A stretch of DNA of 28,893 nucleotides, taken from positions 1-28,893 of the IMG/VR virus record IMGVR_UViG_3300044267_005153; one strand, given 5' to 3'. Position numbers and translations under genes: made by a program. This DNA is from a virus. Taxonomy: Duplodnaviria; Caudoviricetes. Under the pieces are notes generated by a model, which was not told the DNA's origin, did no database searches, and was given only the letters and a program-made list of their open reading frames with translations. Positions 1 to 8,333 of this stretch are shown here, piece by piece. Numbering within the stretch: the stretch's first letter is position 1; every line of letters begins with the position of its first letter.

Positions 1-747
1 AGGGATGTAGCACTCAACGAGCTTATCAGTGACGGCCATCCATTCATCTCTCATCGAGGGGATAGATGATTCTGCGTATTCGTACCTGCCTATTCGAAAC
101 GGAGCAGAGTCTTCGATCACGAAGAAGACGAATGATGCTGGCTTTCCCCTTGCCTGCTCTACTCCGATTCTGTAGTGGGCGTCTTGGAGCCAATACTTGA
201 ACCTCCTTGCAATGCGCCAAAAGTCATCTGGGCGTGACTGACTTGAGAACTTCAGGTCATAAATGATGACACGGTCGTCGAGTTCAGCCAAAAAGTCTGG
301 CTTGCACTTAAATCGAATTCCCCTGTCGTCTTGCCAAAGGACTGGCACTTCTCTTTCAGTCGTTGACTCAATCAGCATTCCCAGAATCGACTCTCTTACA
401 GCAGATGCGCAAGCGTGAATCTTGTCTAGATCTCTACCCTTGATCGCATAAGCTGAGTACCTTTTGCACTCCTCTTCGAATTCCTTGGAAGCTTTGGGGT
501 TTATCGCCCCATTGCTTTTGAGGCACCCCCGAGGGTACGGCCTAGCAACATCGCTGATATCCCTTCCTTCTAAGAGGACTTCGTGCATTATAGACCCGAA
601 GTGCGTTGCGTTCGAGAACTTCTTCGCAGAGGTTCTCTTTACAAAACAAGACTCGTATTCCATCGGGCTGTCCACAAAAACCGATATCATCGACTTTGAG
701 ACAAAGCTGAAATCATCGTGATAATCGCCTTTTAAGGATAGTTCCAT
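1..747 (-). CDS. PD-(D/E)XK exonuclease, RecE/exonuclease VIII-like (3'-truncated by the window edge)
   Basis: Not in the ORF track. Manual translation from ATG 747 stays open to base 1: MELSLKGDYHDD..SKS..FGSIMHEVLLEG..KCKPDFL..IYDLKF..YWLQDAHY..FVFFVIE. These are the YH, FG..H..LE, PD, DLK and Y.LQ.A.Y motifs of RecE-like phage nucleases. Confidence 0.85.
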   Translation of the reverse strand, partial: MELSLKGDYHDDFSFVSKSMISVFVDSPMEYESCFVKRTSAKKFSNATHFGSIMHEVLLEGRDISDVARPYPRGCLKSNGAINPKASKEFEEECKRYSAYAIKGRDLDKIHACASAVRESILGMLIESTTEREVPVLWQDDRGIRFKCKPDFLAELDDRVIIYDLKFSSQSRPDDFWRIARRFKYWLQDAHYRIGVEQARGKPASFVFFVIEDSAPFRIGRYEYAESSIPSMRDEWMAVTDKLVECYIP

Positions 748-748
748 C

Positions 749-931
749 CTAACCTTCTTGTTTGATTGCTGGCTTCATCCTGATTGCCTCCAGATCAAGC
801 CTACGGTTTAGCCCATACGTATCCCGAGCTTCGTCTATAGCGTCCTGTGCAGTGTCTGCCCTGACCCGGCAGACCTCTCTATACCACTGCTTCCCTCTTA
901 TTGTTCGAACTAAAAAAAGAGGTTTTACCAC
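749..931 (-). CDS. small hypothetical protein (~60 aa)
   Basis: 3' part of ORF 749..1060. The probable start is GTG 931, which overlaps the stop of the upstream gene and fills the gap before the exonuclease. Confidence 0.55.
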   Translation of the reverse strand: MVKPLFLVRTIRGKQWYREVCRVRADTAQDAIDEARDTYGLNRRLDLEAIRMKPAIKQEG

Positions 932-1485
932 TTCTTCATAATTCCTTTTGTAAAGGTGTAGAAGGAAGACTTCCCTCGGCTCTCCTTCAGACAACACTCT
1001 ATAGAAACCAAAGAGTCTACGCAGAATTCTTTTGCTGGTAGCGAGCCTCGGCAGGCCCAACCATCATCGGTCATCAGAGTCACCATCCTCCTGCCAGACC
1101 TGTTGACCTTTCCGAGTGATATGACCCTTCCTGTGACCTTCGTTGTCCCACCATCTATTCTTGGTAGTGAATCGTCTGAGACGTTGGAAGATCCGGTCAT
1201 CTGCTCAAGCAGGTTTTTGCAAAGAACCGCTGCAGAGTCCCTCATTGCACGCCATCGCCAAGCTCTTTCGAATATGGTTATCATTCGAGCAAGCTCTTTG
1301 GATGGCCTGTAATATCCATTCCAGACCTGTGCGTATCCGTTCTTTATGAGGACATCTCTGGGCATCTCTACTATCTTTAGAGCGTCTTGAAGTTCGTGCT
1401 TCTCGGCTATGGATCTAAGAAACTCCTTCTTGCCGAGTTTGGCAGGTGGAGCAGAATCCCTGTATGAAAAATGATTACTAGCCAC
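925..1485 (-). CDS. hypothetical protein with a probable C-terminal OB-fold-like domain
   Basis: 186-aa ORF with a GTG start and an AAGGAG SD. The C-terminal pattern VTGRVISL..MVTLMTDDGWACRGSLP..VSIEC is beta-rich and OB-like. Confidence 0.65.
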   Translation of the reverse strand: MASNHFSYRDSAPPAKLGKKEFLRSIAEKHELQDALKIVEMPRDVLIKNGYAQVWNGYYRPSKELARMITIFERAWRWRAMRDSAAVLCKNLLEQMTGSSNVSDDSLPRIDGGTTKVTGRVISLGKVNRSGRRMVTLMTDDGWACRGSLPAKEFCVDSLVSIECCLKESRGKSSFYTFTKGIMKKW

Positions 1486-1500
1486 TTCTTCTCCTTCTGT

Positions 1501-1553
1501 AAAAGAACCCTAGCCACCGACTTGGGCAAGGCGTGATTTGTCGGCAGCTAGGG
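1501..1553 (-). terminator. intrinsic terminator/attenuator hairpin
   Basis: Minus strand CCCTAGCTGCCGAC-18 nt-GTCGGTGGCTAGGG (14-bp stem with G:U pairs) followed by TTCTTTT. Confidence 0.7.
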
Positions 1554-1560
1554 CTTGGAT

Positions 1561-1635
1561 TTAGACCAGTGTAGCAATTATCGTCCCTAACGCCAAGGAC
1601 AACCACACAAGCAAAGCTTCTCTTTTCTTCATCAT
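1561..1635 (-). CDS. 24-aa single-TM peptide (MMKKREALLVWLSLALGTIIATLV)
   Basis: Below the ORF-track cutoff. Has a GAAGGAG SD, a basic N-terminus followed by a hydrophobic stretch, and fills the intergenic gap. Confidence 0.65.
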   Translation of the reverse strand: MMKKREALLVWLSLALGTIIATLV

Positions 1636-1653
1636 GATATCTCCTTCCACTTG

Positions 1654-2004
1654 CTAGACGAATTTATTATTCTTCATCATGATTGGTCTAAATCTCCCAT
1701 TCTCTTTCAAGTAGCGAAGATTGATAAAGTTCTTCCACTTGCCAAGATTTTGGTAGCTAATTGCCCTATGAATCTTGATGACAGTCATATCCTCAGATCT
1801 ATCCAGAGGATTTGGCTCGAAAGGAACCTCTGCGACAACGTAGCTAAGACTCCACTTCCTCGATTCATCTAAATGTTGGACAACTGCTTCTTTAGCAGAA
1901 AAGTCGACTGCAAGCACCTCTGCTGTGTGCCAATCATCTTTAAGGTAAATACTGACGGTCTCTCCGACCCTCAGCCATCTCATCTTATCGCAATGCACTG
2001 CCAT
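1654..2004 (-). CDS. hypothetical protein, possible SH3/Tudor-like barrel
   Basis: Likely start is ATG 2004 with an AAGGAG SD (ORF track gives 1654..2091). Pattern VGETVSIY..DDWHTAEVLAVD..AVVQHLD. Confidence 0.65.
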   Translation of the reverse strand: MAVHCDKMRWLRVGETVSIYLKDDWHTAEVLAVDFSAKEAVVQHLDESRKWSLSYVVAEVPFEPNPLDRSEDMTVIKIHRAISYQNLGKWKNFINLRYLKENGRFRPIMMKNNKFV

Positions 2005-2049
2005 AACATCTCTCCTTAGATATCTTATTCTCAACCGCCCAGTTTGGCG

Positions 2050-2090
2050 ACTAATTCTTATATCGGCTATCGAAATTGTGCACAACAGCA
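2050..2090 (-). promoter_or_regulatory. putative promoter/operator region containing the 14-mer GCACAATTTCGATA
   Basis: AT-rich upstream tract. Minus strand reads TTGTGC-17 nt-TATAAG. The 14-mer (2068..2081) recurs exactly at 15391..15404. Confidence 0.45.
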
Positions 2091-2130
2091 AAAAATGCTT
2101 TTTTTGAAATTAACTACGGCATCCTCATCT

Positions 2131-2637
2131 TTAGCCGTTGTATCCCCTTCGCGTATCCCTGTCTATCAGAATCGCACCTGCTGGCAAGAGTGGCTCTAGG
2201 CTCTGAGCGACTTTAGACATCACGAAGTCGCTGCGACCAGCTGAACTCAAGTCCCCAAAAGTCCAGACTGTGGAACCATCCACATCAAAAGATTCCCACA
2301 AAAGACTGCCTAGTTTGTACTCTTTCCAAGGTTGCCCGGTTGACTCAGGCCATCCACCGGGGACGTTGCCATTCTGATATTCGTCATCACTCAGCTGAAG
2401 AAAAACAGGGTATCCTTCAAGGTCAAAACGACCAGACAAGCCAATTGCTTTGGCTGTAGGGAAATCCACTTCTTCTAAAAACAGCTCATCATCCAGCGCT
2501 TGGTAGGAGAACGTTCCACTAGGGTCGTAGTCGATTGAAAATAGGGAGATCACCTGAACTAGCCCATGGAAAGGATCACTAGCATCCTTTTGGCTATTAA
2601 TAAGTTCTTTTGTCGATCCAACTGCTGTAATTGCCAT
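2131..2637 (-). CDS. hypothetical protein (acidic; possible partner of the LamG protein)
   Basis: 168-aa ORF starting 1 nt after the stop of the 851-aa gene. Confidence 0.75.
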   Translation of the reverse strand: MAITAVGSTKELINSQKDASDPFHGLVQVISLFSIDYDPSGTFSYQALDDELFLEEVDFPTAKAIGLSGRFDLEGYPVFLQLSDDEYQNGNVPGGWPESTGQPWKEYKLGSLLWESFDVDGSTVWTFGDLSSAGRSDFVMSKVAQSLEPLLPAGAILIDRDTRRGYNG

Positions 2638-2638
2638 A

Positions 2639-5194
2639 CTATTCGGTTCCTATGGTAAACATGATAAGTTCTTTTTCCTGATCACTGGTAGCAGCGTCAG
2701 CGCTTTGAGGTGTTACAACTGTACCAAACGTCTTAGTCCCAGCATGTGAAAGGTAGGTCAGGGACGTGTCGAGTCCATGGTCGGCGTTGGCGGTATAGTC
2801 GAGACTATTGTTCCCTAGCGGTAGATCAACTTTAAGGGTTCCATCGTCTGTGAGCTTCACGTCTCGAATAGTTCCCTCAAACATATCGATTCCAGAATAT
2901 GACCCCCCTCCTGCGTGAGCACCAAGGAAAGAACCAACTGTGTTCTCAACGTCAGCCACACCACTGCTACCGGCAGAGCTGCCATTCACAGTCAATGTCG
3001 CAGTATCGCTGCCGTTCCACTCAGCCACAATCTTGTACTCAGTTCCCGCACTAATACTCTCAAACTCGGGTGTTCGAGCCGCATTCGTTGATCCATCGTA
3101 GACTCGAAATCTCAAGTCGTCATTGTCTTCACGCGAAATCACTATACGGTCGTTTACGCCTGACGTGGAACTGTAAAGAACCTCGCCACTGCTCGATACA
3201 CTATCGAAATTAGCAGTAAGCTCGATCTTAAATGCCCTAGCTTCTGAAAGAGTGCTAGCATCAAGTTTGACTTTGTCATCAGAACCGTCAAAATCTGCAA
3301 CGGTCGCAGCGTATTTAACCCATTGCGTCCCAGTTATCGGAGCAAGGTTTACTGTTTCGGCGGTATTATTAAGGTAGTTTCCGGCTGGTAGTCCAATTGA
3401 ATTTCCAGCCGCATCAGATGCTTTAGACAGCAAGGCTGGGATATAGACTGACCCTGATTTGGTAGCACCGTAAATTTGATTCCAGAAATAATCGTTTTGT
3501 GTCGTCCATCCCGGTGAATTTGTCCAAGTGATATCAGGATCGCTAGTAGCTACTGTGCTGTATGAAGTACCTCCTGACTTTTCACCAATGGGGTATATCT
3601 TTGATTTTGTAGCTGAGTTGAAAGCAGATACACTAGCAACTGCTGAGGTCACTATTTCGAGTCGACGGACTTGGCCGTTGAAGTAGATAGCAGAGCCAGA
3701 AGGGCCAAGGAAATCACGCCCGATGTCGCAATTTTCGGCCATCGCCATACCTGAAGAGGCAGTGCCATTTGTGCCTGTCAGTTCAGAACCGTCTAGCCAC
3801 AACTTGATCGTGTTGTCGCTGGTGTTAAATGAAACTACAGCGTCATACCAAGTACTGGTTGTTAGCGTCCCACCACTTTTCTTGTAAGTGGAAGACCCAT
3901 CGCTGACGATAAAACGAAGCTCGCTTCCGACTAACATGAGCGAGACAAAGTCGGTACTCATACCGCCCGCATTAATGCTACTGAATACGCACTGATTGCC
4001 TGATACGGTGTCTGGGTTGAATTGGATTCGAAAACTGAAACTTGAAGCTTCGTTGACAAGCCCTCGGATGGTTGTGCCAAGAGCCCCATAGTCGTTAGTG
4101 CCATCTAGGTCAATACATCCGGCACCAGCTAGAGCCGCATCCCGTGGTGGAGTCCCAGTGAACCCAAGTGCATTACCTTGAGCATCCAAGGCTGTCCCAA
4201 TTCTTCTGGGAACGATTGTGCCTGAGTTATTGGTGTAACCGCCAGAGCCTTCGTTGAAGTCCCATTTTCGGACAGGGACATCTGCGCTGGTAGTGAGGGT
4301 AGGGCTATTGTCAACCGTCCCGTGAACGGTTCCAACTTGATCAAAAGCAGCCGTTCCAGTACGGAAGCTCCAAAGATAGTTGGGGTTGGTGCCATAACGA
4401 TTAAGGTATTCGTCACGCAGTTCAGCGTTGGTGAGCGAAGCCTTGTAGATAGCTACCTCAGCAACCGAGCAATTGCAGAAGTCTGAGTTGCCATTACTGG
4501 AACCAACAAAGATATTGTTTAAGTCCAGTGTATTAAAGGATTGGCTCGTGTACTCAGTGATGACATTGCCGTTTATGATGCACGAAACTGTACTACTAGC
4601 AGAATCAAAACGGAAGCCAATTCTCATCCAAGCCTGAGCATTCAGGTTAGGGAATGTTGATGTCGTGGCAAAGGTCTTTGTTTGAAGGCTACCTGAGCTG
4701 TTGTACCACTGAACACGAAGTGTAGTAGTGTTGAACTGATAAATCCTAAAGCCTTCGCTTCCCTCAAGCGCATCTAAGAAAACCTCAGTGGCTGACAACG
4801 CCGACTCGAACTTTACGTCAATGAAAGCTGTAATATCCTGATTGGTGCTGGCAAAAATCTCGCCAATGCTACCTGAATACCAGTCTTGATTGGTCCCGTC
4901 GAACGTCATGCAGCGTCCCGGTAGTAAAGCACGATCAGTTCCATCATTGCCCGGTGTTTCGTCGCTAACAACTCCGTCGATTGAGGGTCCAGCAGTCATA
5001 AACAATGCTTGGTTTCCGACAAACTCGGAACGAAGGCCAAGAGATGTTTTTGCTGATGATATGGCTGCTAGTATCGGGTCAACAGAGCCCATCAAGACTT
5101 CGTCAGCTGCCATCTGAACTGGGCTTAAAACCGATTGCCCGATGTCCCCGAACAGCTTGTTTAGTTTCCTGCTTTCCTTCCAGTCTTCAAGCAT
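2639..5194 (-). CDS. LamG/concanavalin-A-like multi-domain protein (putative virion adhesin/receptor-binding protein)
   Basis: 851 aa, rich in S/T/G/N. Three repeats open with FDGTNQD, LDGTNDY and FDGSDDK. LamG-type segments include W..I.F.F..INGN..EVAIYKASLT.AE and WYDAVV..LWLDG..YFNGQV. Confidence 0.8.
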   Translation of the reverse strand: MLEDWKESRKLNKLFGDIGQSVLSPVQMAADEVLMGSVDPILAAISSAKTSLGLRSEFVGNQALFMTAGPSIDGVVSDETPGNDGTDRALLPGRCMTFDGTNQDWYSGSIGEIFASTNQDITAFIDVKFESALSATEVFLDALEGSEGFRIYQFNTTTLRVQWYNSSGSLQTKTFATTSTFPNLNAQAWMRIGFRFDSASSTVSCIINGNVITEYTSQSFNTLDLNNIFVGSSNGNSDFCNCSVAEVAIYKASLTNAELRDEYLNRYGTNPNYLWSFRTGTAAFDQVGTVHGTVDNSPTLTTSADVPVRKWDFNEGSGGYTNNSGTIVPRRIGTALDAQGNALGFTGTPPRDAALAGAGCIDLDGTNDYGALGTTIRGLVNEASSFSFRIQFNPDTVSGNQCVFSSINAGGMSTDFVSLMLVGSELRFIVSDGSSTYKKSGGTLTTSTWYDAVVSFNTSDNTIKLWLDGSELTGTNGTASSGMAMAENCDIGRDFLGPSGSAIYFNGQVRRLEIVTSAVASVSAFNSATKSKIYPIGEKSGGTSYSTVATSDPDITWTNSPGWTTQNDYFWNQIYGATKSGSVYIPALLSKASDAAGNSIGLPAGNYLNNTAETVNLAPITGTQWVKYAATVADFDGSDDKVKLDASTLSEARAFKIELTANFDSVSSSGEVLYSSTSGVNDRIVISREDNDDLRFRVYDGSTNAARTPEFESISAGTEYKIVAEWNGSDTATLTVNGSSAGSSGVADVENTVGSFLGAHAGGGSYSGIDMFEGTIRDVKLTDDGTLKVDLPLGNNSLDYTANADHGLDTSLTYLSHAGTKTFGTVVTPQSADAATSDQEKELIMFTIGTE

Positions 5195-5471
5195 CCCTGT
5201 CTTCCTTATCCTTGTCTTTCAGTAAATGTTTTATAGTTGAATCGATATCCCGAAGAACCTTTCTCGTGAGTTCAGACTCCATCTGGGATGCGATTCTCCA
5301 CTCTCTTCTCTCTGTGCTGTGTTGCTCTCTCATCAACTTAAATTCTTTTAATACGCTTTTCGAAAGGAAGACGATAAGACCGAGAAGTCCGGTCACACAG
5401 AGACCAGCTATACCCAACTCTGTCGTCAAGATCCCCATATTATACACCCTCTCTTGCCTGTATCTTTTCAA
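5187..5471 (-). CDS. single-TM membrane protein with a coiled-coil tail (holin-like topology)
   Basis: TM LGIAGLCVTGLLGLIVFL followed by a charged helical C-terminus. The true start may be the internal Met (MGILTTE). Confidence 0.65.
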   Translation of the reverse strand: MKRYRQERVYNMGILTTELGIAGLCVTGLLGLIVFLSKSVLKEFKLMREQHSTERREWRIASQMESELTRKVLRDIDSTIKHLLKDKDKEDRDA

Positions 5472-5805
5472 TCTCTTTTGATAGGCTCCAAGTCGAAAAG
5501 ATCATGATTGAGAACATGGCCATCCTCAGCGATGTTGCAATCCATTCAGGCATTGCATCCCAGCAGTCAGGGTCTATGAGCGTGAGGCTTGAAAGTATGC
5601 TCGCTCCTGCAAAGATGAGCGTGCAGACGCTAGTGACCATCTGCTCTGCCAGAAGCAAGGCCATCGCCCAGCTCAAGCTGGTGTCGCACTTCCTGAAGAA
5701 AAGGTAGTGTCTAGCAGCCTGAACTGCTGCATAAACCCCAGCAATGAATACGAGCATTTGGATAGTTTGCATCTTCCTCATTCTTCTTTGTAGAGTGCAG
5801 CGCAC
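5440..5805 (-). CDS. multi-pass membrane protein (~3 TM; holin-like candidate)
   Basis: Three hydrophobic segments and a charged C-terminus. The start is probably an internal Met (MRKMQT). Confidence 0.65.
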   Translation of the reverse strand: MRCTLQRRMRKMQTIQMLVFIAGVYAAVQAARHYLFFRKCDTSLSWAMALLLAEQMVTSVCTLIFAGASILSSLTLIDPDCWDAMPEWIATSLRMAMFSIMIFSTWSLSKEIEKIQAREGV

Positions 5806-6539
5806 AGCTCGGCAACTGCTACGAGGTAGTTGTCTATACTATCAGCTAAGTCCAGCTTCTCGTTCACCGCCACTCTCCATTTATACCAATCAGCCTTATC
5901 CGACTGCTCGTTCACTGTCTTTGTGTGCAGGATCACCTCGCTTATGAGCGTTCCGAACGCTACCCTTACAGACTCCAAGTCATCCGGCTTTACACTCATT
6001 GAAATCCTGAGATCGTCTACTGTAAGGTCTATCCTATCCATCCCCTTTGACACCTGAGGGATGGCAGCAGCAATCGTCTTTGCTATGTATTGCTGGGTGT
6101 ATCCGTCTTCGGGGAGCCCCTCCAAAAACTTGTTGTCTACCGGCTGCTCGGGCTGTGGTTCAGGATCTGGGCTAGGGGTGTTGCTAGGGGCCCCCCCGAC
6201 ATAAACGATTTCTTTCTTTAGCTTGCCAGACTCGTCTGAGTGCACGACCAGAAGTCTTATTCTTGAAGTGTCGATTGGGACGAATACGATATCTGTGCCG
6301 TGGTCAGCCTCAATCACCCTGACGTGTTTGCGCATCTCCATGTCCTTTTGGAGAATCAGGTCGACGACAACGTCTGAGTCATGCGTTATGCTTATTTCGT
6401 TAATCACACCCGGAATGAGCGCAGCTGGTGATACTATCTGAAACCCTCTCTTCACTGGCAGGGTGACTATCTCATCGTTTGAAGACGCAATTAGCGTTTG
6501 GAAGAGAGAAACGAGTAAGGCAATGATTTTCTTCTTCAT
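5778..6539 (-). CDS. secreted protein with a Sec-type signal peptide and Pro-rich linker
   Basis: N-terminus MKKKIIALLVSLFQTLIA. The linker APSNTPSPDPEPQPEQP joins a beta-rich domain to a helical domain. Confidence 0.75.
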   Translation of the reverse strand: MKKKIIALLVSLFQTLIASSNDEIVTLPVKRGFQIVSPAALIPGVINEISITHDSDVVVDLILQKDMEMRKHVRVIEADHGTDIVFVPIDTSRIRLLVVHSDESGKLKKEIVYVGGAPSNTPSPDPEPQPEQPVDNKFLEGLPEDGYTQQYIAKTIAAAIPQVSKGMDRIDLTVDDLRISMSVKPDDLESVRVAFGTLISEVILHTKTVNEQSDKADWYKWRVAVNEKLDLADSIDNYLVAVAELCAALYKEE

Positions 6540-7540
6540 CTTTTCTTTAGTGGTATCGTAGTATTAAAAATGGAGCAAACGCTCTCAATCGAGAGTATCC
6601 CATGCCCGTAGTCGCTGTCCTTGCCTTTCTTGCCTGCGTCCTTTGCAGACTTCATTAAGAATTTGTCGAATTCTTCTTGTTTAGTTAGGTCGCCAGACCC
6701 CATTCTTCTTCTGCATTCAACTGCGATTGCACAAGCTCCTGCCATGTATGGCGTTGCCATCGAAGTGCCACTCATCACAGTGAACTTGCTGCTTGAGGAG
6801 TGCGAGCAAGATATTATCCTTTCACCCGGAGCGCTGATATCGACTTCAACCCCTCTAGAAGAAAAGTCTGATATCGTCTGCTTGGCGTAAGGGCCCTTGG
6901 TCGAGCCAACGCAACATGATTCTAGATGCCTGCCCGGATATCCGACCGAACCTCTCCTTACGTTCCCCTCGTTTCCAGCTGCAGAGCAGACAAAGACCCC
7001 TTCCTTGATTGCTTCTTTGATTGCATTCTCAACGCCCGGATCAGGCCTGTCTGAAGAAAGGCTCATCGATATCACATCTGCCCCATTCCTGACCGCCCAC
7101 TCAATCCCCCTCTTTATTCCAGAAGTTGAGCCAATTCCGCTGTCACCAATTACCTTGCCAATCATCAGTTCCGCATCTGGAGCGACTCCGACCCCTTTGC
7201 GTCCCAGTGCTATTCCAGCGCAATGCGTTCCGTGTCCATTCCTATCTTTCACCGATAGGCTTGACGTGAAGTTCATGGCGTCAACCGGGTCTGGCAAAAC
7301 ATCGTGTTTCGAAAGACCTGTATCGAGTATTGCGATCTTTACGCCTTTCCCAGTTGCCGTATTCCAGACGCTTGAGAAAACATCTTCTGGTATGTGCCAA
7401 GGTTGCCTATAGCTTGCGATCTCACCGAGTCTCTCATGAAGCCCCAGTTTAATCGCAAAACCGCCTGTATTTGCTGCCGACAGCGAGGGGCGCAGGATTG
7501 CTGACGCCCCAGCCATCAACAGGTTTCTTCTGTTGATCAT
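6536..7540 (-). CDS. subtilisin-family (S8) serine protease with a twin-arginine-like signal peptide
   Basis: Catalytic motifs are intact: ILDTG (Asp), HGTHCAG (His), AAGN (oxyanion Asn), GTSMATP (Ser). C-terminal YGHG motif; N-terminus INRRNLL. Confidence 0.93.
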   Translation of the reverse strand: MINRRNLLMAGASAILRPSLSAANTGGFAIKLGLHERLGEIASYRQPWHIPEDVFSSVWNTATGKGVKIAILDTGLSKHDVLPDPVDAMNFTSSLSVKDRNGHGTHCAGIALGRKGVGVAPDAELMIGKVIGDSGIGSTSGIKRGIEWAVRNGADVISMSLSSDRPDPGVENAIKEAIKEGVFVCSAAGNEGNVRRGSVGYPGRHLESCCVGSTKGPYAKQTISDFSSRGVEVDISAPGERIISCSHSSSSKFTVMSGTSMATPYMAGACAIAVECRRRMGSGDLTKQEEFDKFLMKSAKDAGKKGKDSDYGHGILSIESVCSIFNTTIPLKKR

Positions 7541-7555
7541 TCGTTCATTCTACCC

Positions 7556-7951
7556 TTAAATGAACAGCATCGAGATGAACTTGATCACCTCCAAGATCTC
7601 CTCTTTGTGCTCAATGATCCACGCCAGCAGGTTGCTAAGTGCGTCCAAGATATTCTCCATCTTCTCGCCAAGCTCTTCGGCCAGCCTGTAGGCAACTCCA
7701 CTCATCTGCTGAGTTGCGTATGAAGAAAGCTCGAATGCGGCAGACTGTCTTCCGTATCCTTCTCGAATCTTGTTTATCAGGGCAGCGCGGCACAACGGAT
7801 TCCTTTTGCACTTATTGCGAACCCTTCTTCTGATCTTCCCATCTTGATAGGCGATTTCTACAGCCTCCGTTAAAACCCTGCTTGCAGAGGTTCTCGAAAG
7901 ACCAGTTGCCCTTGCTAATGCTAACTCTGATTCTTCAATGTCTTTTAGCAC
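7556..7951 (-). CDS. hypothetical protein with a C-terminal amphipathic/hydrophobic helix
   Basis: 131 aa ending LSNLLAWIIEHKEEILEVIKFISMLFI. Confidence 0.7.
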   Translation of the reverse strand: MLKDIEESELALARATGLSRTSASRVLTEAVEIAYQDGKIRRRVRNKCKRNPLCRAALINKIREGYGRQSAAFELSSYATQQMSGVAYRLAEELGEKMENILDALSNLLAWIIEHKEEILEVIKFISMLFI

Positions 7952-8313
7952 TTAAACGATCTCCTTTTTTTTATGAAATATGTATACATGACGCTCCATG
8001 TTCGAACTGCGATATATGCTGTAGTTGCCCTGAATAAGTTGAGTCCTGAGCTTCTCAGGTTTCTAAAGAACTCCTCGTCTGCCATCCTGCGAATGTTTGC
8101 ACACTCCTCATCCTCCTTTAGCCTGAAGTCGTGGACTATTGCTGCATACATCCCATCGGTCAGTGGGCTCAGAACCCACCATAAAGCCCTTGGGACGGTC
8201 GCTCCATCACACGTAAATCCCTTCGGTATCAAGACACCGAAAAGTACGGCATCCTCAATTAGGGTCAGCTCCCTCGCTCCCCTCCTCATTATCTTGACCT
8301 CAAGTTCTCGCAT
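7945..8313 (-). CDS. DUF1353-family protein
   Basis: IPKGFTCDGATVP..W..AAIVHD..ADEEF..L..Y.AVR.W matches the family pattern. Confidence 0.85.
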   Translation of the reverse strand: MRELEVKIMRRGARELTLIEDAVLFGVLIPKGFTCDGATVPRALWWVLSPLTDGMYAAIVHDFRLKEDEECANIRRMADEEFFRNLRSSGLNLFRATTAYIAVRTWSVMYTYFIKKRRSFKC

Positions 8314-8333
8314 GAGTTGATTCTACACCAATT

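Noticed and set aside
560-747. Suspected frameshift in the 5' part of the exonuclease
   Set aside because: Careful re-translation shows a continuous frame from ATG 747. The gene is absent from the ORF track only because it has no stop within the window.
6621-7412. Long plus-strand ORFs opposite the subtilase (also 5005..5481, 12375..12767, 14337..14726 and similar)
   Set aside because: Antisense shadows of well-supported minus-strand genes, with no motifs of their own.
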